Assembly (NCBI GenBank): GCA_030390025.1
Contig: CM059435.1
Location: forward strand, 44,268,001-44,332,000
Reading direction: 5' to 3'
Source of the DNA: Squalus acanthias
Lineage: Eukaryota
DNA length: 64,000 bases
The position numbers were made by a program, and so were the translations under genes. Shown here piece by piece: positions 46,886-59,553 of the stretch. The notes under the pieces were generated by a model. It was not told where the DNA came from and searched no databases. It worked only from the letters and a program-made list of their open reading frames with translations. The stretch's first letter is position 1. Every line of letters begins with the position of its first letter.

Positions 46886-47334
46886 GATATGCAAAAATTT
46901 TAAAACTTTATTTCATAGAATCATAGAATGGTCTCCTTTTGTTCTGAATCATTCGGCCCATCATGCCTGTGCTGGCTCTTTGAAAGAGCTATCTAATTAG
47001 TCCCACTTCCCTTTCCCTGCAATTTTTTTTCCCTTTAAGTTTTTATCCAGTTCCCTTTTACAAGTTATTATTGAATCTGCTTCCACCACCCTTTCAGGCA
47101 GTGCATTCCAGATCATCATAACTCGTTGCATTTGAAAAAAAAAAATCATCTCTCTCGTTCTTTTGTCAATTACCTTAAATCTGGGTCCTCTGGTTACCGA
47201 CCCTTCTGCCACTGGAAACAGTTTCTCCTTATTTACTCTATCAGTACCCTTCATGATTTTGAACACCTGTCAAATCTCCTCTTCACTTTCTCTGCTCTAA
47301 GGAGAACAACCCCAGCTTCCCTAGTTTCTTCACG

Positions 47335-47457
47335 ATGCGGAGATGCCGGTGTTGGACTGGGGTGGACAAAAGTGAGAAGTCGCACAACACCAGGTTATAG
47401 TCCAACAGCTTTATTTGAAATCACAAGCTTTCGGAGCGCTGCTCCTTCGTCAGGTGA
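47335..47457 (-). mobile_element. Penelope-like terminal fragment
   Basis: Near identical to 14767-14894 and 57218-57340; flanking duplication agtttcttcacg. Confidence 0.78.
47421..47457 (-). ncRNA. Minimal type I hammerhead ribozyme motif (intact core)
   Basis: UCAC-CUGACGA-A-GGAGC(AGC)GCUCC-GAAA-GCU-U-GUGA. Confidence 0.65.
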
Positions 47458-49144
47458 AGTTTCTTCACGTTACTGAAGTCCCGCATCCCTGGTGCCATTC
47501 TAGTAAATCCCTTTTGCACCCTCTCTAAGTGCTTGACATAGTTCCTAATGTGTGGTGCCCAGAATTGTACACACTACTCCAACTGGGCCCTAACCAGTGA
47601 TTTATAAAGGTTTAGCATACGTCCTTGCTTTTGTACTCTATGCCTCTGTTTATAAAGCCAAGGATCCCATATGCTTTTTAACAGCCTTCTCAACTTGTCC
47701 TGCCACCTTCAAAGATTTGTGTACTTACACCCCCAGGTCTCTCTCTCCCAGCACGCCCTTTAAAATTATACCATTTAGTTTATATTCCTTCCTACCAAAA
47801 TGCATCACTTCACTCTTCTCTGCATTAAATTGTATCTGTCATGTGTCTGCCCATTGTCCCAGTCTATATCTTCCTGAAGTCTGTTACTATCCTCACTTTA
47901 CATTTACGAGTAGGAAATTTCACCTGGTGTGGGATGGAGTTCAAATGCACCTTATAAAATTTTTGCCAAATTAAAGAAAAAAGGTTCTTATTAAAAAAGC
48001 TTATGCAAACTGAGATTTAAATCGAATTTTAATTTGCTTTTGAGTTATTAGATTAGGAAATGCACTAAATGTAGCTTAGTAATCACTTTTTATTTCTCTG
48101 TTGCTCACCTGATTCTGTCACTTGTACGACTTTGGGAGAATTGTCCACATTTCAGAGCTTTTCTGTGACCTCTGGATTGGGACTAACTAGCTGTCTTCAG
48201 TTTCAGCAGAAAATGTGGCCAACAATCAACTTTTTTTGTGAAACTACTCATCCAGGTTGGGAGATATTAAGAATGGAACACTGTACTTCCCACTTTGAAC
48301 ACTTGGTGGCAGCATTGCTCACTTATTGGAACACATCCTGTTGAAGGGTAACTCCTCATCAGTGAGTCTCAATGACTCCTCCTTCTACTTCATTTTGCAT
48401 TTACAGCTGTCCTTTGGAGTTTTTCCAGAGTGAGATTTTCCGTTTGTGCCAGATTAGCGTGAGTTCTGTGCTGTGAACCTATGCCTACTAGTATAGCCCA
48501 GGTTTAGAGAGAGGTTTCATCTTGGTGTAGGATGGAAACTGGAGTTGAAGTGACCATGAAGAAACTTGTCAACTTGTTTTTCTTTTGAATACTTAAAGAA
48601 TTAGTTGATGAATGACAACTTTATTATATGCTCAATTTTAGCTTAAAATAAACCAATTACGATGAAAATGCGGCCTTTTTGGCGTGCAACTTGCTCTCGG
48701 GCATCTACCAGTGTTACTATAGCAACCAGACCTCTGACTGCCCTGTGGAGCGGAATTTGACTTCAACTCTGGCTCCTTGCAGCAGCAGGTCGAGATTGGG
48801 AACCAAGAGTGGTGGGAGGTTTGAACTTGCATCCCATTATTGTTGGGCATTCTGTGTGTGTTACTTGATCGTGATCAGGCATGATGGAGTTCCCCCTCCC
48901 CCCCTCCCCACCCAACCCTAAACTGTGACAGGTCAACTAACTTAGCATGAACTGGGGATAGAACATGGTCATTTCCTGATCTGTGCGTCTCAACTACTTG
49001 CTGGTTTAACACACCGAGCCATCAGGGAGCTGAAAAAACATATCTGTATGGCCAAGTCCTGGATTGCCTCGTATCATTCACTCAGTTCTTGTTGTACCTG
49101 AATCTTGCTGCTGTGTGGTACTGTAACTCTTGTGTTTATATTGA

Positions 49145-52100
49145 ACTGAAAACGGAAACTGCTGGTAATATGTCAGATCTGTCAACACCTGTAAACATGT
49201 TTTGGGTATAGATCCTTTGTACGTTCTGGTGAAAGGTCTATACCCAGGATGTTAACCTGCCTCTTTTCTTTACCAAACTTATTTTAATGGGCTATTTCAA
49301 TCAACCTGATATAAATTGGGAAAACCCAAGTACAGGAAACTTTCGTTTATCCGGCATCGACGGGACCGGCGTGGTGCCGGTTTATCGAAAGTACCGGATA
49401 ACAGAGAGTTATATCTACCGAGGCTATTTTTAACAAAGAGACTCCAAGCAGCACGGGAGAATCTACTCATGCTACTGCAATGTTTCGGACTTGCGACAGC
49501 GCCAGGAGGCCGAGTAGTGGCACTTTTGAAAAGTACCCCATCTGACTAAATCGGCGTTCGCGGACTCGGACTCGGACTCGGGATCGGCAACATTGCCGGT
49601 TATTTGAGAGGATTTTTCGGCGCACTCGGCGTTCGCGGAGACTCGACTGCGACTCGGCAACATTGCCGGTTATTTGAGAGGAGTTTTCAGAGGATGATTT
49701 TTGCCGGTTAAGCGAGAATTCCGGATATTTGGGTGCCGGATAAACGAAAGTTTCCTGTAGTTAGGAGTCCGAGTTGGTAGCTATAATGCATGACTGCTTC
49801 ATGAACCTGTGCATTAGTGAAACAGTGTGGTGTTTACAAATGACCCATATAACCTACAGATGATAGAAGTTGTGGCATTATTGAGTGGACAGCATCCACA
49901 GAATGAGTAAGTTCAGTGTGATTTGGGACTCAGAAATACCAAAGACCAGGAGCTGGGCAAATAACTTTAAAAGGGCTCATTTCAATGAAATGAGGGAACA
50001 GCTCAAGGAAATTGACTGACTGGTTGAGGTAGTTCAGCATCATTTTGATAGAGGGAAAATGGAATACTTTTAAATGCATAATGCTGAGGGTGCAGGATAA
50101 ATCTAGACCTAGAATCAGCAAGGTCAGACTAAACATGCGTGATCCCAAATGAATTAATAAGCAAAACGGAAACTTAACCTCTCTAAATCCTGCGAGGATA
50201 AATGGGATGGGGTTCCCTGGGAAACGGGTGGAATGGCTGATTAGAGGGCCAAAGAGAGACCTGGGGGAAAAAAAAGCATTGGTGCAAATGGATTCCAGAG
50301 GATGAGCACAAGATTTTTAAATAATTGCATTCTCCAAGTATCCACAAGGGAAGGCGCAAACATCAGAGTTAACCCAGGCAAAATAAATGACTTTTTGATA
50401 TCAACGAAGTGGAAGTCCTAGACAGGCTAAAAGGATACAATTAGATTGGAAACATGCAAACATGGTGCCTATATTCAAAATGGGCAACTGCAGACCAATC
50501 CGTCTTGTTTCAATCCCATGTAAAATAATGCAATTGATTATTAGAGATAGACTTGAAAATTAACTATACAATAATAAACAGTGATCAACATGGGTTCAAA
50601 AAGGGGAATAATTGCTTGACCAACCTCCTTGACTTCTTTTCAGGAGTTGACATCCCAAGTGGACTGTGGTAGGAACATGTGACAGGAGTAGGCCATTAGC
50701 CCCTCAAGATTCAATGAGATCATGGCTGACCTGTATCCTAACTGCATGCAGCCACCTAGACTCAATATTGAGCTAGCATCTACAGCTTTTTGTGGTAGAG
50801 AGTTCCACAGATCTACCACCCATTGTGTGTACAACAACAACTTGCTTTTATATAGCACCTTTAACGTAGTAAAACATCCCAAGGCGCTTCACAGGAGCTA
50901 ATTTGACACCGAGCCACATAAGGAGATATTAGGGCAGATGACAAGAAGTAGGTTTTAAGCAGCATCTTAAAGGAGGAAGGAGAGGTTTAGGGAGGGAATT
51001 CCAATGCTTTGGCCTGGGCAGCTGAAGGCACAGCCGCCAATCGTGGAGCGAGTAAAATCGCAGATGCACAAGAGGCCAGAATTGGAGGAGTGCAGAGATC
51101 TCGGGGTTGAAGGGCTGGAAAAGGTTACAGAGATAGGGAGGGGCGAGGTCATAGAGGGATTTGAAAACAAGGATGAGAATTTTAAAATCGAAGCATTGCT
51201 TAACCGGGAGCCAATGTAGGTCAACGAGCACGGGTGATTGGTGAACGGGACTTGGTGCGAGTTAGGATACGGGCAGCAGAGTTTTGGATGACTTTAGGTT
51301 TATGGAGGGTAGAAGATGGGAGGCCGGCAAGGAGTGCGTTGGAATAGTGTCTAGAGGTAACAAAGGCATGGATGGGGGTTTCAGCAGCGGATGAACTGAG
51401 GCAGGGGCAGAGTCGGGCAGTGTTACGGAGGTGGAAATAGGCGATATTCGTGATGGTGCGGCTATGTAGTTGAAAGCTCATCTCGGGGTCAGATATGACT
51501 CCAAGGTTGCGAACAGTGTGGTTTAGCCTCAGACAGTCACCAGGAAGAGGGCTAGAAAGATAGAAAAATAGGAGCAGGAGTAGGCCATTCGGCCCTTGGA
51601 GCCTGCTCCGCCATTCACTATGATCATGCTGATCCTCTATCTCAATACCATATTCCCGCTCTCTCCCCATACCCCTTGATGCCTTTTGTGTCTAGAAATC
51701 TATCTATCTCCTCAAATATATTCAGTGACTTGGCCTCCACAGCCTTCTGTGGTAGAGAATTCCACAGGTTCACCACCCTCTGAGTGAAGAAATTTCTCCT
51801 CATCTCAGTCCTAAATGTCCTACCCCGTATCCTGAGACTGTGACCCCTCGTTCTAGACCCCCCCAGCCAGGGGAAACATCCTCCCTGCATCCAGTCTGTC
51901 TAGCCCTGTCAGAATTTTATACGTTTCAATGAGATGTAGTCGGTGGCTAGGGAACGGCGTCTGTGTAGAAGTGTTTCCTAACTTCTCTCCTGAATGGCCT
52001 GACTCTGATTTTAAGGGTATGACCCCTTGTTCTAGACTTGCTCCACCAGTGAAAAAAGTTTCTCTCTCTATCTACCCTATCAATTACTTTCAAAATTCCT

Positions 52101-53810
52101 AAAAACCTCAATCAAGCCATCCCTTAACCTTCTATATTCCAGGAAATACAAGCCTAGTTTATGTAATCTCTCCTCATAATCTAACCCTTGGATTCCTGGT
52201 AACATTCTGGTGAATCTGCACTGCACTCCCTCCAAGGCCCATATATCCTTTCTAAGGTGCGGTGCCCAGAACTGCACACACTACTCCAGATGTGGTCGAA
52301 CCAGGGCTTTTTATCGCTGTAGCAAAACTTCCTCCCCTTTATATTCTAGCCTTCTAGTTATAAAGGCTAACATTCCATAAACCTTTTTTGATAATTATTT
52401 GTACCTGGCTACTACATTTTAGTGATCTGTGTACATGGACCCCTAAATCTCTTTGAACCTCCAGTGGTCCTAACTTTTCACATTTTAAAAAAGTACTCCA
52501 ATCTTTCCTTTTTTGGTCCAAAATGGATGACCTCACACTTGTCCGCGATGAAATCCATCTGCCACAGTTTTGCCCACTCAATCTATCAATGTCTTTTTGT
52601 AATTTTATGCTCCTGTCTACACGACTTACTAGTGATCATGAGCCCTATGATGTGTTGTACCTAGGTTTCAGAAGCCCTTTGACACAGCTCCACTCAAAAA
52701 GGCTATTAGTTATGCTAAAAGGTGTGGGGCATCAGGGTAAATCTTGGATATGGATAACAAAATGGCTGAACGGGTAGAAAACAACAGGTACTTGTTAGAG
52801 GAGTAACATCTGGGCTGGGGGTAAGATTTAAGTGGGATGCCCAGGAATCGGTGTTGGGATTTCTACAGTTCCTAATTTACATCTTGTACTCGGCAACCCA
52901 ATGCACATTGCTCAAATTTACAGATAACCAAATTAGGAGGGGCAGTGAAATCAGCGGGGGTAGCTCAGAAATTACAAAAGGAGTTGGACAAAATATGTAA
53001 GAGGGCAGAATAATGGCAGATGAAATTTAATACAGACAAATATAAAATACCGTAAATAGCAAGGAAAATGTATAGCGCCGTAATAGCTAAAGCCGAAGTT
53101 GAACAAGACCCAGGAGACCTTAGAAGACTTGATGTTCAACATGTCCAACCAGTACACAGCAGCACTGAACAAAGCCAATAGTATTGTGAAATGGAGACAC
53201 AAAACAGTAGAATACAAGTCAGATAAAGTCATATTCCAATTGTATAGCGCTCTGTTTAGATCACTCTTTGAATGCCTTGTTCAGCTCTGGTCATCCAGAC
53301 ACAAGGAGACATTCAGGCACCTTAGCCAGTGCAGGGAAGAGCCACAAGACTGATCACTGCTCTTGTGGTCTAAGTTATTGGGGAAATTACTGGAGAAGCT
53401 TGAGCTCTTCAACCTTGGGGGCATCTGCAAAGCGATCTTGGAGATATGAGGCTATAAATGGTGCAGAAAAGTGAAATCCGGACAATTACTTTAAATTAAA
53501 TGGTAAGAGAAGGACAATGGGCCTTCAAACTGTTTAAAGGTAAATTTAGGACTGATGTCAGGAAGGTCTTTTTTTCCCCCCCACAGAGTGATCATACTTG
53601 GAATTGACTCCTGGATAGAGTAGTGGAAACAAACACCAGAATCGATTAAGAACCAATTATATGCTGCAGTGGGGGTACTTCAGGACTATTCTGAATGGAT
53701 GAATTAAGATTGGCCAAATTACCATACTCTTCCATAATTATCTTGTCACCTGTTGTGCGTTGTCTGTTTTTATTTGGATTTCCAACATTTGCCATGTTTT
53801 TCTTTTTATT
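49145..53810. mobile_element. Nested cluster: Penelope-like relic > old CR1(+) > [Tigger-like MITE; CR1(-) > L2(-) > CR1(-)]
   Basis: Colinear halves: 49145-49275/53745-53810; 49280-50650/52645-53745; 50670-50830/51962-52630; 50830-51555/51937-51960; innermost 51558-51935. Confidence 0.7.
49333..49757. mobile_element. Tc1/mariner-superfamily (pogo/Tigger-like) MITE, 425 bp
   Basis: Perfect 24-bp TIR caggaaactttcgtttatccggca; TA on both sides; CpG-rich; internal direct repeats. Confidence 0.88.
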
Positions 53811-54194
53811 TGTCCCCTTACATTGAAATATTGTGAAAGAGCAAACTTGTATTTATATAGCGGCTTATTACTTGAAGCCCATTTAAGTGCATGCTTTTTC
53901 AGAATCTGATTCTTTTACTGTAAAGTGTTAAATATTCTAGCTAAATGCACACTGGTCTAAAGCACATCCTGTTTAAATTCATGGAATTTCACAGCTTGTT
54001 ATAGGCCATTCACTTACTTTAGTTTGCAGATTCTGGCTTCACTGGACCATTTAGTAATACAGACAAAATATTTCACAAACTCAGTTGTGCCTAAAACCAA
54101 GGTGTTAATCAGCCTGCGTGATAGCACACGTCAGTGACACTGCTTCAGTACAATTGCTTGAGAAATGGGTGTTGATAACTGCTGTGTTCTCGCC

Positions 54195-54930
54195 CTGTTT
54201 AAGGCTGAACCACACTGTTCGCAACCTTGGTGTCATATTTGACCCTGAAATGAGCTTCCGACCACACATCCGCGGCATAACGGAGACCGCCTATTTCCAC
54301 CTACTTAACATCGCCCGTCTCCGTCCTTCCCTCAGCTCATCTGCTGCTGAAACCCTCATCCATGCCTTTGTTACCTCTAGACTTGACTATTCCAACGCAC
54401 TCCTGGCTGGCCTCCCACATTGTACCCTACGTAAACTTGAGGTCATCCAAAACTCGGCTGCCCGTGTCCTAACTCGCACCAAGTCCCGTTCACCCATCAC
54501 CCCTGTGCTCGCTGACCTACATTGGCTCCCGGTTAAGCAACGCCTCGATTTAAAAATTCTCATTCCTCCATGGCCTTGGCCTCGACCCTCCCTATCTCCT
54601 TAATCTCCTCCAGCCCCCCCCCCCCCCCGAGATATCTGCGCTCCTCTAATTCTGCCCTCTTGAGCATCCCTGATTATAATCGCTCAACCATTGGTGGCTC
54701 TGCCTTCTGTTGCCTAGGCCCTAAGCTCTGGAATTCCCTGCCTAAACCTCTCTACACCTCTCTCCACCTTTAAGATGCTCCTTAAAACGTACCTCTTTGA
54801 CCAGGCTTTTGGTCACCTGCCCTAATTTCTCCTTATGTGGCTCGGTGGCAAATTTTTTGTCTTGTACTCCTGTGAAACGCCTTGGAACGTTTTACTATGT
54901 TAAAGTCGCTATATAAATACAAGTTGTTAC
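54195..54930 (+). mobile_element. L2 3' portion
   Basis: LIHAFVTSRLDYSNALLAGLP...LHWLPV; tail ctatataaatacaagttgtt. Confidence 0.9.
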
Positions 54931-55159
54931 GTTAAATGTAGGCTCTGAGTGTGCCGCTGAACAAGATTGCTGCCTCTCTACACTGCTGCCACTGATGTTT
55001 CAATACAGCACTTCTGTCAGCAGGTAGAGAGAAAGCATCCTCTCCATTGGTACTAGACACTTGAAAAGAGTCAGCTGTTTTGTGTGGCTCTTTTTTTTAG
55101 GCAAATAAGTTCGCCGTGTTTTGCTGCTCCTGTTCTGCCCCTCTCCCACTCTACTTTCC

Positions 55160-56807
55160 TAAGAACATAAGAATTAGAAGCAGGAGCAGGCCATATGGCC
55201 CCTCGAGCCTGCTCCGCCATTCAATAAAAACATGGCTGATCTTCGACTTCAACTCCACTTTCCCGCCCTATCCCATATCTCTTGATTCCTCTGGAGTCCA
55301 AAAATCTGTCTCTCAGCCTGGAATATACTCAACGACTGAGCATCCACAGCCCTTTGGGGTAGAGAATTCCAAAGATTCACAACCATCTGAGTGAATAAAT
55401 TTCGCTTCATCTCAGTCTTAAAAGGCTGACTCCTTATCCTGAGACTATACCCCCTCGTTCTAGACTCTCCAGCCAATCCTGTCAATTCCCCTCAGAATCT
55501 TATGTTTCAATGAGATCACCTCTCATTCATCTAAACTCCAGAAAGTATAGGCTCAATCTCTCCTCATAGGACAACCCTCTCCATCTCAGGAATCAATCTA
55601 GTGAACCTTTGTTGCACTTCCTCTAAGGCAAGTATATCCTTCCTCAAATAAGGAGACCAAAACTCTGCACAGTACTCCAGGAGTGGTCTCACCAGAGCCC
55701 TGTACAATTGTAGCAAGACTTCCTTACTCTTGTACTCCAACCCTCTAGCAATAAAGGCCAACATGCCATTTGCCTAATTGCTTGCTGTACCTGCATGCTA
55801 ACTCTCTGGCTGCGATTTCGCCAGCGGAGGCGGGATCGCGGCGGGAGAGGTGGCTGGCGGGTCCTGGTCCAGTTCCCGGCTCCAGCCCGCTCTCTCCAAG
55901 TGATTTTATGTAGATTGGGCTTGTTAAGCCCGCCCTGCGCATTTCCCGGCCAATTAAAAGGAAGCGGGTCTGATGACGTATTTGATGCATCATCAACCGG
56001 TTTCCTTAAGGGACCATGTCCACATTCATTTTGACAGTTGTGCTGTCAGTGTTCTAGAGCATTGAGGTGACGTGATCGGCGAACAACGTGAACCCCGTTA
56101 AAAATGTGGTAAAGTAGAAATAGGCTGGCAAAATAGTAGTTAACAAGCACTTAACTATCTTAAATGCCTCCCCCGCCGCTTGGTGTTGGGTCTGTTCTGA
56201 AATCGCAGACCCGACACTTTGGAAACGTACATGGAGGCGGGTTCCCAACCCGGTCAATCATTTTGATTTTGACAGCAGACCCGCCTCCAAACCCGCACTC
56301 TGAGTATCGGCAAAATCGCGGCCTCTGTTTCTTGTTCTAGGACACCTAAATCTCTCTGAACACCAACATTTAATAGTTTCTCACCATTTAAAAAATATTC
56401 TGTTTTTCTATTCTTCCTACCAAAGTAAATAACCTCACATTTCCCCACATTATACTCCCTCTGCCACCTTATTGCCCACTCACTTAACCTGTCTATATCC
56501 CTTTGCAGCCTCTTTGTGTTCTCCCCTCATTACTTTTCCACCTAGCTTTGTATCGTCAGCAAACTTGGATATATTGCACTCGGTCACTTCATCTAAGTCA
56601 TTAATATAGATAGTAAATAGCTGAGGCTATCTTTGTGGTACCCCATTAGTTACAGCCTGCCGATCTGTAAATGATCCGTTTATCCCTACTGTGTTTTCTG
56701 TCTGTTAACCAATCCTTTATTCATGCTAATACATTACCCCCTTATCTTGCTTAACAACCTTTTATGTGACACCTTATCGAATGCCTTTTGGAAATCCAAA
56801 TATACTA
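55160..56807 (-). mobile_element. CR1 3' portion split by a MITE
   Basis: LYRALVRPLLEY; taagaacataagaa tail. Confidence 0.9.
55808..56323. mobile_element. MITE, PIF/Harbinger-like
   Basis: TIR ggctgcgatttcgcc / ggcaaaatcgcggcc; TSD TCT. Confidence 0.78.
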
Positions 56808-57217
56808 AAAGCCAACTCAGCAATGTTTTATTTGACTTTTTCTTTTTAAGGAAATAAAGGAATGTTGACTGACAGTTCTTTTTAACCCATTCACAGCATT
56901 ATTTTACACGCCAGTTTGTACTAGTATGGTTAGAAAAAAAATTTCATAGAATTACAACACACAGACCGTTCAGCTCAACCAGTCCATGTTGGTGTTTACC
57001 CTCCACTCAAGCAGAAGTCCTGATTCCATGTGTGAGCACTGTTCTCATGTCCCCTTATTCCCTTTTCCTTCAACTATCTATTTAATCTGTTCTAAAATCT
57101 ACCACCTCACATTTGCTGACATTGAATTCCATCTGCCACTTTTCTGCCCAACATCCTATCGCTCCTTGCGGCTTCCTTTGGGCCTGAGAATTATTTACAT
57201 TGCCTTCTATTTTCATG

Positions 57218-57410
57218 ATGCGGAGATGCCGGTGTTGGACTGGGGTGGACAAAAATGAGAAGTCGCACAACACCAGGTTATAGTCCAACAGTTTTATTTA
57301 AAATTACAAGCTTTCGGAGCTGCTGGCCCTTCGTCAGGTAGAGGTACAGTGAGGGAATTTTAAATAAAACTGTTGGACTATAACCTGGTGTTGTGCGACT
57401 TCTCATTTTT
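57218..57410. mobile_element. Penelope-like remnant with a 55-bp inverted repeat
   Basis: 57251-57305 vs 57356-57410; flanking duplication ttctattttcatg. Confidence 0.78.
57305..57340 (-). ncRNA. Minimal type I hammerhead ribozyme motif
   Basis: UAC-CUGACGA-A-GGGCCAGCAGCUCC-GAAA-GCU-U-GUA. Confidence 0.55.
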
Positions 57411-58722
57411 TTCTATTTTCATGTGTGCGAACTTGGATACCACTTCCTCTAGCCCTATATCCAAATCGTTGATGTACACGTTGAACAGAAGTGGTCCCAG
57501 ATCAGAACCCCGTGGAACTCACGTCCATCCACTCAGCAACTGCCCCTAACTCCAACACCTCCCTTCTAACCAGTTTAATCCAATTTGCTATCTTCCCTCA
57601 ATTCCCTATCCTTCAATCTTCTCCAGTAGTTTCCTGTGTGATAACTTATTAAAGGCTTTCTGAAATTTCATGTACACACCATCCACTGCATTTCCCCCAT
57701 CCACCATATCTTTCACCTTCTCAAAGAACTCTGATCGGGTTTGTCAACCATGATCTTCCTTTCTGAAATCTGTTTCACATTGCATAGACTATACAGCACA
57801 GAAACTGGCCATTCGCCCCAACCAGTCCTTGCCGGCGTTTATGCTCCACTCGAGCCTCTTCCCATCCTTCCTCCTCTAGCTGTATCAGCATAACCCAGTA
57901 TTCCCTTTGCCTTCATATGCTTATCTAGCCTCCCCTTAAATTCACTATTATTCTATTCGCTTCAATCACTCCCTGTGGTTACTAATGCTTGTAAACATTC
58001 ACTCACTGAAATGGCATCTGTTGATTTCAGTAGCATATTAGTTAAATGTACAGCTTGGTGTAGTGCAACTGTTAGCTGGTAAGCATTTAAGTTGGCTTCA
58101 GTACCAGATTTATGGCATCGGGTTGTAAAATCAAAAAGAAAATGACAAAGGAAACTGTAAATCTAAAACAAGTAAAAGTGACGGTCTTGGATAACTGCAG
58201 ATCCTTGGGAAGATAAAGGTCTGCATTTTCTTTTATTAGACATTTAATCTCAAAAACATGCACTTTTTCTCCCATATACGAGTACTTGTCTATGCCTATA
58301 ATTTTATTGTATATAAATCAAAGGTGTATATTGTACATGTAAATACTCATTATTTAATAAATGTAAATTAAGATCCAGATGAAGTGTCTAAACCATAGTG
58401 CTTTAGACAATGGAAGTTAATTTAGACATTCCAGTGATCATCCACACCTATTATTATTGGTTTGATCCAATTCCTGTGAGCACAGCGGGGGTAGTTTCCA
58501 GGCCAGGTCAGGTCGGAATCCATCTTTGGGGGTTTAGGAAGGTAGCCAGTTTTACAGACAGGCTACTGGCAAATCACTGAATGGGGACGAAGTTGGTGGA
58601 ACAGCCCTTCCACTTCTTTGGAAGTAACCAAAATAGAGAAAAACATATCCTAGGCCAGTCAGTCAGGATGGTCTGCAGAGAGAAATTGTAAGACTTGTGC
58701 CAACCCAGCCTGTCTTGGTCTG

Positions 58723-59081
58723 TTTTTTTAATTCATTCATGGGATGTGGGCATTGCTTTTATTGTGCATCCCTAATTGCCCTTGAGTGGCTTGCTAGGCC
58801 ATTTCAGAGGGCAGTTAAGAGTCAACCACATTGCTGTGGGTCTGGAGTCACTTATAAGCCAGACCAGGTAAGGACGGCAGATTTCCTTTTGGGTTTTTAC
58901 GACAATCCGGTAGTTTCATGGTCACCATTACTGATAGCAGCTTTTTATTCCAGATTTATTTAATTAACTGAATTTAAATTCCACAGCTGCCGTGGTGGGA
59001 TCATTAGTCCAGACCTCTGGATTACTAGTCCAGACCTCTGGATTACTAGTCCAGTAACATAACCAATATGCCACCACTCCC
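58723..59081 (-). mobile_element. tRNA-derived SINE (family not assigned)
   Basis: Minus-strand head gggagtggtggcatattggttatg, A-rich tail catgaatgaattaaaaaaa. Confidence 0.65.
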
Positions 59082-59553
59082 GATAATGCTATCTTGACCA
59101 AAGTAAGTATTGGCCCACTTATCCAGGGCAAGGCAGCATGTGTTTTCTTTATTGACGAGGAGGGGTTTGAAGTTAAGTGAAGTAAGTGAGTTTTAATACA
59201 ACTGTCACTCTGTATGTCCCCTTGCTGACTAAAATAAAGCAGCTTAATGACTTGTACTAGACCATGTCTCACTAAAGTGCTTTCTGTCCACCTACTGAAA
59301 CAATTCCGGGTCATAAGGTCATACTATTGTTATGCCTCCTGGTTACACTATTGTGTGGCCACAAATTGGGCAGTGCGAGTGCGAGCACATTCCTGATCAT
59401 AAGATGCAGGGACCAGCGGTGCTGGACCAGAGACAGTATCTAAGACAAACCTGCAATTTGTAACCACTGACTGCACCAAACACTATAGAAATAGCCAGCG
59501 CTGAATGAATTGTATCGGTGCTGTTCAGATAATGAGTTGTGTGTAATTGGCAG

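Larger units (their letters stand above)
46912..47900 (-). mobile_element. CR1 3' portion with a Penelope-like insertion
   Basis: FKIMKGTDRV...WNALPERVVEA; catagaatcatagaa tail. Confidence 0.88.
56943..57980 (-). mobile_element. Decayed CR1 fragments
   Basis: WAEKWQMEFNVSKCEV; catagaattac and catagactatac tails. Confidence 0.75.
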
